Shown here: one piece after another, positions 1 through 10,578 of the stretch | Layout: every line of letters starts with the position of its first letter | Numbering within the stretch: position 1 is the first letter of the stretch | NCBI GenBank assembly: GCA_031431875.1 | Contig: JANPEF010000082.1 | Location: 1-64,000 of the forward strand | Direction of reading: 5' to 3' | DNA length: 64,000 nt | Origin: Candidatus Eiseniibacteriota bacterium | Lineage (GTDB): Bacteria; Eisenbacteria; RBG-16-71-46; DASYSL01 | Translations under genes and position numbers: made by a program | The notes under the pieces: generated by a model | What the model was told of the DNA's origin: nothing | The model's database searches: none | Seen by the model: the letters and a program-made list of their open reading frames with translations, nothing else

Positions 1-1920
1 AGGTTGCCTACACGTTCACGGCAACGGCGACGGATGACGACCTGCCGGTGCAGACGCTCACGTTCTCGCTCCTTGGTGCACCGGCTGGTGCCGCCATCGA
101 CGCTGGCACCGGAGAGTTCACCTGGACGCCGAGCGAAGCCCCGGGCCCGGGCGAGTATCCGTTCACTGTTCGGGTGACCGACGGCGTCGCGACGACGGAC
201 GCTGCTCTAACGATAACCGTCACCGCAGCGACCCTCGCTCACGAGCTCGCTGGAGTGACGCTCGCCGCAACGATCCCCGAGCAGGTCGCCTACACGTTCA
301 CAGCAACGGCGACGGATGACGACCTGCCGGTGCAGACGCTCACGTTCTCGCTCCTTGGTGCACCGGCTGGTGGCGCCATCGACGCTGGCACCGGAGAGTT
401 CACCTGGACGCCGAGCGAAGCCCAGGGCCCGGGCGAGTATCCGTTCACGGTGCAGGTCAGCGATGGCGTCGCGACGAGCGACGCTGCGATCACGCTCACG
501 GTCACGGAAGCGAACGCCGCACCTGCACTCGCAAACGTCCCGGCGGCCGTGACGATCCCCGAGCAGGCGGCCTACACCTTCACAGCAACGGCGAGCGACG
601 ACGACCTGCCGGTGCAGACGCTCACGTTCGAACTCGTTGGTGTACCTGCCGGTGCCGCCATCGATGCCGGCACCGGCGAGTTCACGTGGACTCCGACCGA
701 AGCCGAGGGTCCGGGCGAGTATCCGTTCACGGTGCAGGTCAGCGACGGTATTGCGACGACGGTTGTGGCGATCACGCTCACGGTCACGGAAGCGAACCTC
801 GCACCCGCACTCGCCAGTGTCCCGGCATCCGCGACCATCCCCGAGCAGGCCGCCTATGCCTTTACCGCGACTGCATTCGACGACGACACGCCAGCGCAGT
901 CGCTCACGTTTTCTCTCCTCGGTGGACCCGCCGGCTCCGGCATCGACGCCGGCACCGGCGAGTTCACCTGGATGCCGACCGAAGCTCAGGGTCCCGGCGA
1001 GTACCCCTTCATCGTGCAGGTCAGCGACGGGGTTGCGACGACGGTCTCCGCAGTCACCCTGACCGTGACCGAAGCCAACGTCGCGCCGGTGGTCACCGGT
1101 GTGCCGGCTACAGCGACGACTGCCGAGCAGGCCGTATACACGTTCACGGCGAAGGCGACGGACGGTGATCTTCCGGCACAACCACTCACGTTCTCGCTGT
1201 CGGGAGCTCCGACGGGCGCGAGCATCAACCCGGGATCGGGGACCTTCACCTGGACGCCCAACGAGGCGCAGGGCCCGGGCGTGTACGCATTCACGGTGCG
1301 GGCTGGCGACGGCATGACGACGACCGATGCCGCCATCACGCTGACCGTGACCGAGGTCAACTTCACGCCAGCCATCGCAGGTGTGCCGTTCTCGGCCACC
1401 ACGCCCGAGCGCGTGCCGTACACCTTCACGGCGACGGCGGCCGATCCGGACATCCCGACGCAGGCGCTTACGTTCTCGCTCGTCGCTGCGCCGTCCGGTG
1501 CGGCCATTCACCCCACGACCGGCGTCTTCACATGGACCCCGACCGAGGCGCAGGGGCCTGGCTTGTACCCGATCCTCGTCCAGGTGAGCGACGGGATCTC
1601 GAGCCGCGGCTCCGGCATCTTCCTCACCGTGGCCGAGGTCAACGTGGCCCCCGTGTTGTCGGGCGTGCCGGCGGCGGCGACGCTCGAGGCGACCGTTCCT
1701 TACGCGTTCTCCGCCTCGGCGACCGACGAAGATGCGCCGGTGCAGGCCCTCACGTTTTCCCTGGTCGGTGCGCCGGCGGGGGCAGGCATCGGGAGTGGAA
1801 CCGGCGCATTCACGTGGACACCGACGTTCGGGCAGGCACCCGGCACCTACCCGTTCGTCGTGCGGGTCACCGATGGCGTGGCGCAGACCGATGCGAACAT
1901 CGCGCTCACGGTCGAGGTGA
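1..1920 (+). repeat. Intragenic tandem repeat, ~282-bp period, about 7 units visible
   Basis: ctacacgttcac recurs at 8 and 290. The first two units are nearly identical in DNA and later units diverge. Confidence 0.85.
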
Positions 1921-3230
1921 CACCGCCCCTGCCGATCACCGATCTCGTCGCGGCGCGCGAGCCCGGCACATCGGGCGCGGCGACCGCGCCGATCCGCGTG
2001 ACGTGGTCGCCGACGCCGGGGGGCACCACTGTCGAGGTCTACCGTGCGGCGTTCGGCGGCTACCCGCGCTACGACGACGACGGAGGCGTCGCGCCGGGAG
2101 TCCCGACTTATCCGCCGGGTCCGCCGTGGGTCCTGACCGCGGTCACGGCGCCCGATCAGCTCGACGCGCCCCCGACGCGCGACTTCCATCACTATGTCGC
2201 GTTCGTGAACAAGGCCGGTCCGGCGACGTCGCCGGCATCGAACCCGACGGCGGGCACGCTCAACTATGTGCTCGGCGATGTGTCCGACGCGAACGTCCCG
2301 GGACAGGGCGACAACCACGTCGCGACCGCCGACCTCTCGCTGCTCGGTGCGCACTACGGGCTGACCGGCGGCGACGTGGCGCCGTTCGCGTACCTCGATG
2401 TCGGTCCGACGTCCAGCGGAACCGTTGTCGGGAGGCCGCTGACCGACCAGGCGCTCGACTTCGAGGATCTCGTGCTGTTCACGCTGAACTTCGATTTGCT
2501 CGGTGGCTGGGCGAGGGTTCCGTCGCGCTCGCTCGACGGTGCGGCCGTCGCCGAACCGGACGAGTTGCACCTCGATGTCTCGTCATCGGCGTCGGTCGGA
2601 GACTCGCTGGCGGCGGGCCTGGAGGTTCGCGGCGGCGGGGCGATCCAGGCAATGTCGGTGCGGCTGGGCTGGAATCCGGCCGTCGTGCGCCCGCTGGGGC
2701 ACTCGCTCGGAAACCTGGTCGGCGATGCAGGTGGCGTGCTCCTGTCGCCGCGCCCCGGCACGATCGACGTCGCGCTGCTCGGCGTGCGGGCGCAGGGGCT
2801 GCTGGGCCGCGGCACGATCGGTCGCGTCGACTTCGAGCGGATTGCCGCGGGCGATCCGGGCATCCGGATCGAGCACGTCACGGCGCGCGACGCCGCGAAC
2901 CAGGAGGTCGCGGTGCTGCAGTTCGCTCGCGTCGCCGCGGCCGACGTGCCGCTGGTGTCGGGCCTCGCGCGGCCGACGCCGAATCCGTTCGCCGGCGCAA
3001 CGATGCTGGCGATTCGCCTTGCGGCGGCGGGAACGGTCGACCTGGCCCTGTACTCCGTCGACGGACGAATGGTGAAGCGCCTGGCGCACGGCGATTGCGA
3101 GGCCGGGACCCATTTCGTCACGTGGGATGGCACGAACGAGAGCGGACGCCGCCTGCCCGCGGGTGTCTACTACGCGCGGCTGATTGTCGGCGGCGGGGTC
3201 TACCGGCAGTCCGTGGTGCTCGCGCGATGA
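3..3230 (+). CDS. Large secreted surface protein (5' end outside window): tandem Ig/cadherin-like repeats, dockerin-like duplicated motif, cohesin-like domain, C-terminal FlgD-Ig/T9SS-like sorting domain
   Basis: Frame open from the window edge. Seven ~94-aa repeats with the core GxFTWTP. Motifs LGDVSD..GDNHVATADLSLLGAHYG and LDVGP..DQALDFEDLVLF. Ends PNPF..YSVDGRMV..WDGTNESGRRLPAGVYYARL. Confidence 0.8.
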   Translation, partial: VAYTFTATATDDDLPVQTLTFSLLGAPAGAAIDAGTGEFTWTPSEAPGPGEYPFTVRVTDGVATTDAALTITVTAATLAHELAGVTLAATIPEQVAYTFTATATDDDLPVQTLTFSLLGAPAGGAIDAGTGEFTWTPSEAQGPGEYPFTVQVSDGVATSDAAITLTVTEANAAPALANVPAAVTIPEQAAYTFTATASDDDLPVQTLTFELVGVPAGAAIDAGTGEFTWTPTEAEGPGEYPFTVQVSDGIATTVVAITLTVTEANLAPALASVPASATIPEQAAYAFTATAFDDDTPAQSLTFSLLGGPAGSGIDAGTGEFTWMPTEAQGPGEYPFIVQVSDGVATTVSAVTLTVTEANVAPVVTGVPATATTAEQAVYTFTAKATDGDLPAQPLTFSLSGAPTGASINPGSGTFTWTPNEAQGPGVYAFTVRAGDGMTTTDAAITLTVTEVNFTPAIAGVPFSATTPERVPYTFTATAADPDIPTQALTFSLVAAPSGAAIHPTTGVFTWTPTEAQGPGLYPILVQVSDGISSRGSGIFLTVAEVNVAPVLSGVPAAATLEATVPYAFSASATDEDAPVQALTFSLVGAPAGAGIGSGTGAFTWTPTFGQAPGTYPFVVRVTDGVAQTDANIALTVEVTPPLPITDLVAAREPGTSGAATAPIRVTWSPTPGGTTVEVYRAAFGGYPRYDDDGGVAPGVPTYPPGPPWVLTAVTAPDQLDAPPTRDFHHYVAFVNKAGPATSPASNPTAGTLNYVLGDVSDANVPGQGDNHVATADLSLLGAHYGLTGGDVAPFAYLDVGPTSSGTVVGRPLTDQALDFEDLVLFTLNFDLLGGWARVPSRSLDGAAVAEPDELHLDVSSSASVGDSLAAGLEVRGGGAIQAMSVRLGWNPAVVRPLGHSLGNLVGDAGGVLLSPRPGTIDVALLGVRAQGLLGRGTIGRVDFERIAAGDPGIRIEHVTARDAANQEVAVLQFARVAAADVPLVSGLARPTPNPFAGATMLAIRLAAAGTVDLALYSVDGRMVKRLAHGDCEAGTHFVTWDGTNESGRRLPAGVYYARLIVGGGVYRQSVVLAR

Positions 3231-4048
3231 GCCGCCTCCATGCGATCGCGGTCGCCGCCGTGCTGGCACTCCTGATCGGCGCGGGTGCCGGCGTGGCGCA
3301 GGCCGGCATCGTCGTCGAACTCCAGCCGGCGGCGCTCACCGTGAGCCCCGGCGCCACGTTCGACCTCGATGTCGTAGTCACCGAGCCGGGCTCGAGCTTC
3401 AATGCGTTTGACGCGATCGTCGGCCACGATCCGGCCGCGCTCACGCTCGTCGAGATGGCCCCGCTTGCGCTGCAGGAGGGCGCGCTGATGACCACCGCAT
3501 GCGGTAGCCGGTTCCATCGCTTCCGCCGTGGCGCCGAGCGCGACACCGCGACCGTCGTGCTGCTGTGCAACGGTGTCTCGGTCGCCGGACCCGGGACGGT
3601 CTACCGCCTCCGCTTCCAGGCGTCGTCGACGCCGCAGACCACGACCGTCCAGCTGCTGCCGGGCACCCAGTTCTTCGATGCCGGGATCGCGGTCGCCGGG
3701 GTCATCACCACGGATGCGACGATCTCGATCCTCGCCGGCGTGGACGTGCCCGCATCGGCCGACGCCCACGGAGGACGTCTCACCGCGCAGCCGAATCCGT
3801 TCGCGGCGTCAACGCGCCTGGTCATCGACTCCCCGGGCGACGCGCTGCAGCGGCTCGACGTGTTCGATGCCCGCGGGCAGCTCGTTCGCCGGCTGGCACA
3901 TCGCCGGTTCGCGGCGGGCCGCAACGATGTCGCCTGGGACGGGCGCACCGACGGGGGCGAATCGGCGCCGGCCGGGCTCTATTTCGTGCGCCTGAGCGGC
4001 GGCGCTGCACCGCTGGTGACCCGCCTCGTCCGCACGACTTCCCGCTGA
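3227..4048 (+). CDS. Secreted cohesin-like domain protein with C-terminal FlgD-Ig/T9SS-like domain
   Basis: ATG overlaps the upstream stop (ATGA). Signal peptide MSRLHAIAVAAVLALLIGAGAGVAQA. TVSPGATFDLDVVV..FDAIVGHDPAAL..GPGTVYRLRF is cohesin-like. C-terminus PNPF..WDGRTDGGESAPAGLYFVRL. Confidence 0.75.
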   Translation: MSRLHAIAVAAVLALLIGAGAGVAQAGIVVELQPAALTVSPGATFDLDVVVTEPGSSFNAFDAIVGHDPAALTLVEMAPLALQEGALMTTACGSRFHRFRRGAERDTATVVLLCNGVSVAGPGTVYRLRFQASSTPQTTTVQLLPGTQFFDAGIAVAGVITTDATISILAGVDVPASADAHGGRLTAQPNPFAASTRLVIDSPGDALQRLDVFDARGQLVRRLAHRRFAAGRNDVAWDGRTDGGESAPAGLYFVRLSGGAAPLVTRLVRTTSR

Positions 4049-4064
4049 CGCTTCGTTTTGTGGA

Positions 4065-4092
4065 TTGACCCCGGCGAACCCGGCGGGATACT
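4065..4092 (+). promoter_or_regulatory. Possible sigma70 promoter TTGACC-N16-GATACT
   Basis: Consensus-like hexamers in the intergenic region upstream of 4166. Confidence 0.35.
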
Positions 4093-4165
4093 CGGTTGGC
4101 GCGGTCGAGCGATCGGGCCGCCGGACGTGATGCGTTCGGCGCAGGCGCGGAAAGTGGGGGACCAC

Positions 4166-4810
4166 ATGGCGGCTCAAGAGGACCTGGCCGGATTCGTGCG
4201 CGAAGCCCTTGCACACGGGGCCTCACGCGCGACGATCGAAACCACCCTGGCGGGCGCCGGCTGGCGGCCCGAGGAAGTGCGGCGCGCGCTGGCCGCCTGG
4301 GCCGACGTGCCGTTTCCGGTGCCGGTGCCACGCCCGCGGCCGTATCTCTCGGCCCGCGAGGCCTTCCTCTACCTCGTGCTGTTCACCGCGCTCTACATCA
4401 CGGCGTTCAGCCTCAACGACCTGGCGTTCAAGTTCATCGAGCAGGCGTTCCCCGATGCTGCGCAGCGCGGCGATGGCGAGTCGTTCCGCAACGGCGTGCG
4501 CTGGGCGATCTCGAACTTGATCGTCGCGTTCCCGCTGTTCCTCTGGCTCGCGGTGACCATGCAACGCGCCGTCGCCCGGGACCCGCTGCGTCGCGCGTCG
4601 CGCATCCGCAAGTGGCTCACCTACCTCACGCTCTTCCTCGGGGCGGGCATCCTGATCGGCGACCTGATCGCGCTGGTCAACGGCGTGCTGTCCGGAGAGC
4701 TGACCACGCGCTTCGGGCTCAAGGTCGCGGTCGTTGCCGCGATTGCCGGGACGATCTTTGGCTACTACCTGAACGACCTGCGCAAGGACGAGAAGGAAGA
4801 CGACGCATGA
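4166..4810 (+). CDS. Membrane protein, DUF5671-like
   Basis: N-terminal L..AGW motif, PVPVPRP..SAREAFLYL, four hydrophobic segments, SRIRKWLTYLTLF. Confidence 0.7.
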   Translation: MAAQEDLAGFVREALAHGASRATIETTLAGAGWRPEEVRRALAAWADVPFPVPVPRPRPYLSAREAFLYLVLFTALYITAFSLNDLAFKFIEQAFPDAAQRGDGESFRNGVRWAISNLIVAFPLFLWLAVTMQRAVARDPLRRASRIRKWLTYLTLFLGAGILIGDLIALVNGVLSGELTTRFGLKVAVVAAIAGTIFGYYLNDLRKDEKEDDA

Positions 4811-5304
4811 ACGGTGCACCCGGGGGTCGCGCGCTCCTGATCGTGATCGGCGCGGTCGTCGTCGCGGCCATGGTGGCCGGCCTGCTCGTGCTCGGCTCGC
4901 CGGTGGACGAGCGGGCCCGCCGGATCGACGAACGACGCCTGCGCGAGCTGCAGGAACTGCGCAGCGCGGTCGATCTCCACTTTCGGCGCGATGCCGCGCT
5001 GCCGGATTCGCTCGAGGAACTGGCCCGCCGCTCGCCGCTTCCCGTGCGCATGACGGAGCCCGACGGTGGACGCCTCTACGGCTACGAGGTGATCGATTCG
5101 ACATCGTATCGCCTGTGCGCCACGTTCACGTTCCCCACACCCGACCACGAGGACTCGCGCTACTACCACGAGAAGGAGTGGGCGCACGGAGCGGGCCGCC
5201 AGTGCTTCCGCTTCCGCGTGCGCCTCCGCGATCGGGACGAGATCGCGCGGCCCGAGGACGCGACCGGCCCCATCCTCGAAGGCATATCCGATTCCACGCC
5301 GTAG
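4807..5304 (+). CDS. Single-TM pseudopilin-like partner protein
   Basis: ATGA overlap. N-terminal TM segment, then GSP...R..R.DERR..L, LPDSLEEL and YRLCATF. Confidence 0.65.
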   Translation: MNGAPGGRALLIVIGAVVVAAMVAGLLVLGSPVDERARRIDERRLRELQELRSAVDLHFRRDAALPDSLEELARRSPLPVRMTEPDGGRLYGYEVIDSTSYRLCATFTFPTPDHEDSRYYHEKEWAHGAGRQCFRFRVRLRDRDEIARPEDATGPILEGISDSTP

Positions 5305-5461
5305 CCCGCGCCCGGCGAACTGGGCGCGACTCAACGTGGCGGTGGGGATGTTCGTGCGAAAGGTGATGCGGTTGTAGCGGATCCACCCGGCAGGAACGCA
5401 GTCAACTCGAGATCTGAGCCGTCATCCTTCCGCGCCGCGTACGGCGTGGGATTCGGGCGTG

Positions 5462-8437
5462 CTATCGAGCCGAAACGAGCTGACGAAGCCTCTGAGTCGC
5501 GTCGGCGATCTGGGGAGATTCGGGATCCGCGTGGGCCCACGCCCGAAGGAAGATGCGGTACTCGGTCGCGGCGTCAGCGCGGTGGCTTTGAGCCTCGAAG
5601 ACCTTTGCCAGCTCGTAATGCGCAAGCGCGTCGCCCGGATACAAAGTGAGGCAATCGCGCAAGACGCGCGCCGCCTGATCGCGTTCGCCGGCGTCAGCGT
5701 GAGCGCGTGCCAGGAGATGACGGTAGAACTCATCGAAGTATGCGGTCCTATAGATGCCGAGGGGACGGATCAGCGCAAGCTGGGCAAGGGCGCGACGCGG
5801 CTGACCTCTTTTGAGTTCAAGATCGGCGCGCATCAGAACACATCGTACGCGGTGAATAGTCTTGGACTGATCCGTCCGCCTCGCAAGATCAGCGAGTTCA
5901 CGGTCGGCGGCATCCAATGAGTCCGCGAGGAGGAGGGCCATGGACCTCCAGGCCCGAACTTCCCATTCTTCGTGGGCCGACAGACCGCTTCGTCGCGACC
6001 AGGCGCGCCACTCTCCCATGGCTTCACCGCTCCAGGGGAGGTCGTACTGGTGCGCGATGAAGAACTTGAACATGACGCATCTCCGTTCCCAGATCGGATC
6101 CGGTGCCTCGCTTCGGGTGCGATCCAGGAGCTCGAACGCACCCCGGAATCGCCCCTGTTCCGCGAGGAGACCACAGACTCCCGAGCCCGGAATCGTCGCG
6201 ATCAGGGAATAACTCTCAGCGGGAGAGAGCCCTGAGCCCAGCCGCAAGGAGTCGAGCGCGATAGTTGCCGCCGCTGCGTCACCGCGATAGTAGGGCATGG
6301 TTGCGAGACACGCTTTGGGATACAGATTGTTCGGATCAACGGCCAGCGCATGGCGAAATGCCTGGTCCGCACTGTCCGGCTTCGCGGTTCTCAGATAGGC
6401 GTCTCCGAGCATGCTCCAGCTGTCCGGGTTGAGCGGAAATCGGGCAGCGGTCTCGCGCGCTACGGCCAGTGCCTCCTGGCGGCGGTCGAGTATGTCGAGG
6501 TTGGATGCGAGCTGGAACCAGAAGGGGGCATGATCCGGGTAGAGGCGGCATGCCCGTTTGACGATTGGGAGGCGCTCCGCTGCCGTCCCGGTTGAAGACA
6601 CATATTCGAGAGCCTCGCGATCGTCGGGCCACCGCTCCAGAATGTCCTGGTAGGCTTTCACTGCGTCGTCGACCCGATAGTTTGCAGAGTGTCGCCAGGC
6701 TTCGAGTCTCATCCGATCCTTGACGTTGAGGCGAGATCGCAACCTCCACGCCAGGTCCGCCGTCGCCCGCGCCTTCGTCTCCGAGACAGAGCTGACACCG
6801 TAGATCGCCCGGGCGAGGCCGAAGTAGGCGAGCGCCGAGGTGGAGTCGAGCTCGAGGGCGGTCTCGAACTCGTTCACCGCATCCCGCGATCGCCCTCCTT
6901 CGAGTGCGAGCGAACCGGCGATGTAGTGGCGATAGGAATCCGGCGAGTTCGACGTCAGTTCTCCTACTGAGGGTCGGTATTCCGCCGGTCGCGTATCCGA
7001 AGATCGGGGGAGCGCACTTGCAAGCGTCGCCACGACCGAGTCCGCCAGGGTAACCAGGTCCGGCGCAATTGTTCGGCGACCCGCGATGCTCTCCCCGTTC
7101 GCAACGTCCACGAGCCTCCACAGGAGTGTTGTTCCATCGGTTGATTGGACGACCTCGCCGTTGAGCATGAGCGTTGCCCCTGCCTCCCGGGCGACCTGCA
7201 GGGCCTCGTCGGCTTCGATGCGACCTCGCGCCGAGCCAAGTCGGCGGCGGCGCACGTCTCGGAGCAGTTCCGGGCTGACGATCCGACAGGGACTCACTTC
7301 GACAAGAGCGGTGTACACCAGGCTCGTGATGCTCTCGGAGAGCGTGGAGTCGGACGTCGGGCCGAGCGGCTGGAAATCGAGGACCGCCAGCGCCGGATCG
7401 TGAGTGGCAGGGTCCGGTCCGGCCGAGCGCTGGAACAATCCGTAGGCGGTTGCCAGGACGACCACCACGAGGGCAGCGGATACAATCCATGGCGAAATCC
7501 GTGGCCCCGCCGCTGGCCTGCGCTTCGCGTCGTGTGCAACCTCGGCGCGGTGGCCCGCGGACTCGGCCAGCCACAGGAGCTCCCGCCGCAGGTCCCCGGC
7601 GGTCTGCCATCGATCTTCCGGGTCTCTTTCCAGGCACTGCCGAACGAGCCGTAAAAATTCGGGTGGCGCCACGGAAGTCAAGGCGGCCAGGGCCGCCGGC
7701 GAGTCGCGCATGATCTGGGCGATGGTCATGGCATCCGTGGTTCCGGCAAATGCCCGCTGTCCTGTCGTCATCTCGAGCAGGACGCACCCGAGCGCCCAGA
7801 GGTCGCTTCGAGCGTCCACCGTGCCGCCTTGAAGCTGTTCCGGCGACATGTAGGGAAGGGTCCCGACCACGGTGCCGGTCGCCGTGATCGGCTCATTCGA
7901 TCTTCCGGATTCCTGTGCAAGCCTCGCCGTCGCCTCGGGATCGCCCGCACGGTCGGGACGCGTCGTCATGAGCGCGAGGCCGAAGTCCATCAGCTTGGCC
8001 CCGCTCTTCGTCAACATCACGTTGGCGGGTTTGAGATCCCGATGAATCACGCCGGCACGGTGAGCCCGGTCGAGCGCGCTGGCGATTTGCGCCCCGATCT
8101 CCACCACCTCGGCGCGAGGAATCGCACCGCGGCTGAGACGTCGCGCGAGGGTCTCCCCTTCGACGAGCTCCATCACGAGGTAGTCGGTATCCCCCTCGGT
8201 GCCGATGTCGTGAAGGACGCAAATATTGGGGTGATTGAGGCTGGAGATGGACTTTGCCTCGCGGCGGAAGCGGGCTCGATCCTCGGATGAGATCGAACCG
8301 TGCTGCGGCAGGATCTTGATGGCGACATCGCGGCCGAGTCGCGTGTCCCGGGCTCTCCATACCTCACCCATGCCGCCCGCGCCGAGTAGGGCGATGACCT
8401 TGTACGGGCCGAGGTGAGTCCCGGGAACCATGGCCAT
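5462..8437 (-). CDS. Hanks-type Ser/Thr protein kinase with TM segment, TolB-N-like domain and TPR repeats
   Basis: LGAGGMGEV, VAIK, HRDLKPAN, DFGLA, GTLPYMSPEQ and DARSDLW motifs. TM around WIVSAALVVVVLATAYGLF. TPR-like helices follow. Confidence 0.9.
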   Translation of the reverse strand: MAMVPGTHLGPYKVIALLGAGGMGEVWRARDTRLGRDVAIKILPQHGSISSEDRARFRREAKSISSLNHPNICVLHDIGTEGDTDYLVMELVEGETLARRLSRGAIPRAEVVEIGAQIASALDRAHRAGVIHRDLKPANVMLTKSGAKLMDFGLALMTTRPDRAGDPEATARLAQESGRSNEPITATGTVVGTLPYMSPEQLQGGTVDARSDLWALGCVLLEMTTGQRAFAGTTDAMTIAQIMRDSPAALAALTSVAPPEFLRLVRQCLERDPEDRWQTAGDLRRELLWLAESAGHRAEVAHDAKRRPAAGPRISPWIVSAALVVVVLATAYGLFQRSAGPDPATHDPALAVLDFQPLGPTSDSTLSESITSLVYTALVEVSPCRIVSPELLRDVRRRRLGSARGRIEADEALQVAREAGATLMLNGEVVQSTDGTTLLWRLVDVANGESIAGRRTIAPDLVTLADSVVATLASALPRSSDTRPAEYRPSVGELTSNSPDSYRHYIAGSLALEGGRSRDAVNEFETALELDSTSALAYFGLARAIYGVSSVSETKARATADLAWRLRSRLNVKDRMRLEAWRHSANYRVDDAVKAYQDILERWPDDREALEYVSSTGTAAERLPIVKRACRLYPDHAPFWFQLASNLDILDRRQEALAVARETAARFPLNPDSWSMLGDAYLRTAKPDSADQAFRHALAVDPNNLYPKACLATMPYYRGDAAAATIALDSLRLGSGLSPAESYSLIATIPGSGVCGLLAEQGRFRGAFELLDRTRSEAPDPIWERRCVMFKFFIAHQYDLPWSGEAMGEWRAWSRRSGLSAHEEWEVRAWRSMALLLADSLDAADRELADLARRTDQSKTIHRVRCVLMRADLELKRGQPRRALAQLALIRPLGIYRTAYFDEFYRHLLARAHADAGERDQAARVLRDCLTLYPGDALAHYELAKVFEAQSHRADAATEYRIFLRAWAHADPESPQIADATQRLRQLVSAR

Positions 8438-8557
8438 GGGGAAATCGTACCTCAGGTTGCATGAGAGATGCTTACGAGCCGGGGGGAGGGTAGACCAGTC
8501 TACTGGAAGCCACTCTTCCGCGGTGAACGGAGAGCCACGACGGTGAGTTCCCGGCGG

Positions 8558-9072
<515 letters not shown>

Positions 9073-9076
<4 letters not shown>

Positions 9077-10578
9077 CGGCCCTCCCCGGTGCGATCGGCA
9101 AACTTCCAGCGCGCGATGGCCGCGCCGCCATCGTCGCCGCCCGGGGCGACCGGACGCACCGAGCGTGCCTTCTCGTGCGCGTGCAGCGAGGCGGCCAGCA
9201 GCGCGATCTCCTCGGTCTCGGGCGTGGCCGCCAGCGAGGCGGCCGAGAACAGCTCGCCCAGCAGGCCCGTGTGCACGTCGCCGCGGTCGAACTCGGGCAG
9301 CGCCAGGAGCCAGCGGTGGAAGCCGACGTTCGAGGCGACGCCCTCGACGACGGTCTCCTCGAGCGCGCGACGCATGCGCGCCAGCGCCTGCGCGCGATCC
9401 TCGCCCCAGGCGATCACCTTGGCGATCAGCGGGTCGTATTCCATGGGCACGCGGAAGCCGTGGTACACGCCGGCGTCGGTGCGGATGCCCGGACCCTGCG
9501 GCAGGCGCAGCCGCTCGATCACCCCGGCGCTGGGCATGAAGTTGCGCAGCGGATCCTCGGCGTAGATGCGGCACTGGATCGCCGCGCCGCGCGGCGACAT
9601 CGCGGCCGCTGGAAGCGAAAGGCGCTGCCCGTCGGCGATCTTCACCTGCTCGGCGACCAGGTCGAGGCCGGTGACGAGTTCCGTGACCGGATGCTCGACC
9701 TGCAGGCGCGTGTTCACCTCGAGGAAGTAGAAGTTGCCGTCCGGGTCGGCGATGAACTCGACCGTGCCGGCGTTGACATAGCCCGCCGTGCGCGCGATCG
9801 CGCAGGCGGCCTCGGCGAAGCGCGCGCGGATCTCGGGCGTGAACAGCGTCGACGGGGTCTCCTCGACCACCTTCTGGTGGCGGCGCTGGATCGAGCAGTC
9901 GCGCTCGCCGAGGAACACGATGTTCCCGTGCGCGTCGGCCAGGATCTGCGCCTCGACGTGCCGCGGGCGCTCGACGAAGCGCTCGAGGTACACGCTGTCA
10001 TCGCCGAACGCGGCCTTCGCCTCGCCGCGCACCAGCTCGAGCGCCGAGTCGAGTTCGGCCGCCGAGCGCAGCACGCGCATGCCCTTGCCGCCGCCGCCGG
10101 CTGCGGCCTTGAGCATGAGCGGGTAGCCGAGTTCGTCCGCGACCTTTTGCGCTTCCTTCATGTCGGCGAGCGCGCCCTTGGAGCCCGGCACGAGGGGTGC
10201 CCCGGCCTTGAGCGCGATCTCGCGCGCGGCGAGCTTGTTGCCCAGACTCGCGATCACGTGCGGTGGCGGGCCGATGAACGTCATGCCCGCGTCGACGACG
10301 GCCTGCGCGAACTCGGCGTTCTCCGACAGGAACCCGTAGCCGGGGTGGATCGCGTCGACGTGCGCCTGCTGTGCCACAGCGATCAGGCGCGGGATGCTGA
10401 GGTAACTCTCACGCGCCAGGCCGGGGCCCAGGCGGTACGCCTCGTCGGCGAGCAGAACGTGCAGCGCGGCACGATCCGGATCCGAGTAGACGGCGATCGA
10501 GGTGAGGCCCAGGTCGCGCAGCGTGCGAATGACGCGAACGGCGATCTCGCCCCGGTTGGCGACGAGGACGCGCTTCAC
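9073..10578 (-). CDS. accC: Acetyl/propionyl-CoA carboxylase, biotin carboxylase subunit
   Basis: VANRGEIA, HPGYGFLSEN, GGGGKGMR, ERDCSIQRRHQK, EVNTRLQVEHPVTE. Confidence 0.93.

Noticed and set aside
1..1920. Regular repeats as a possible CRISPR array or DGR template
   Set aside because: The period is ~282 bp and in-frame coding, with no unique spacers and no cas or reverse transcriptase gene.
5305..5461. Minus-strand peptide GWIRYNRITFRTNIPTATL as a gene remnant
   Set aside because: It looks coding-like but is too short to assign without a database search.
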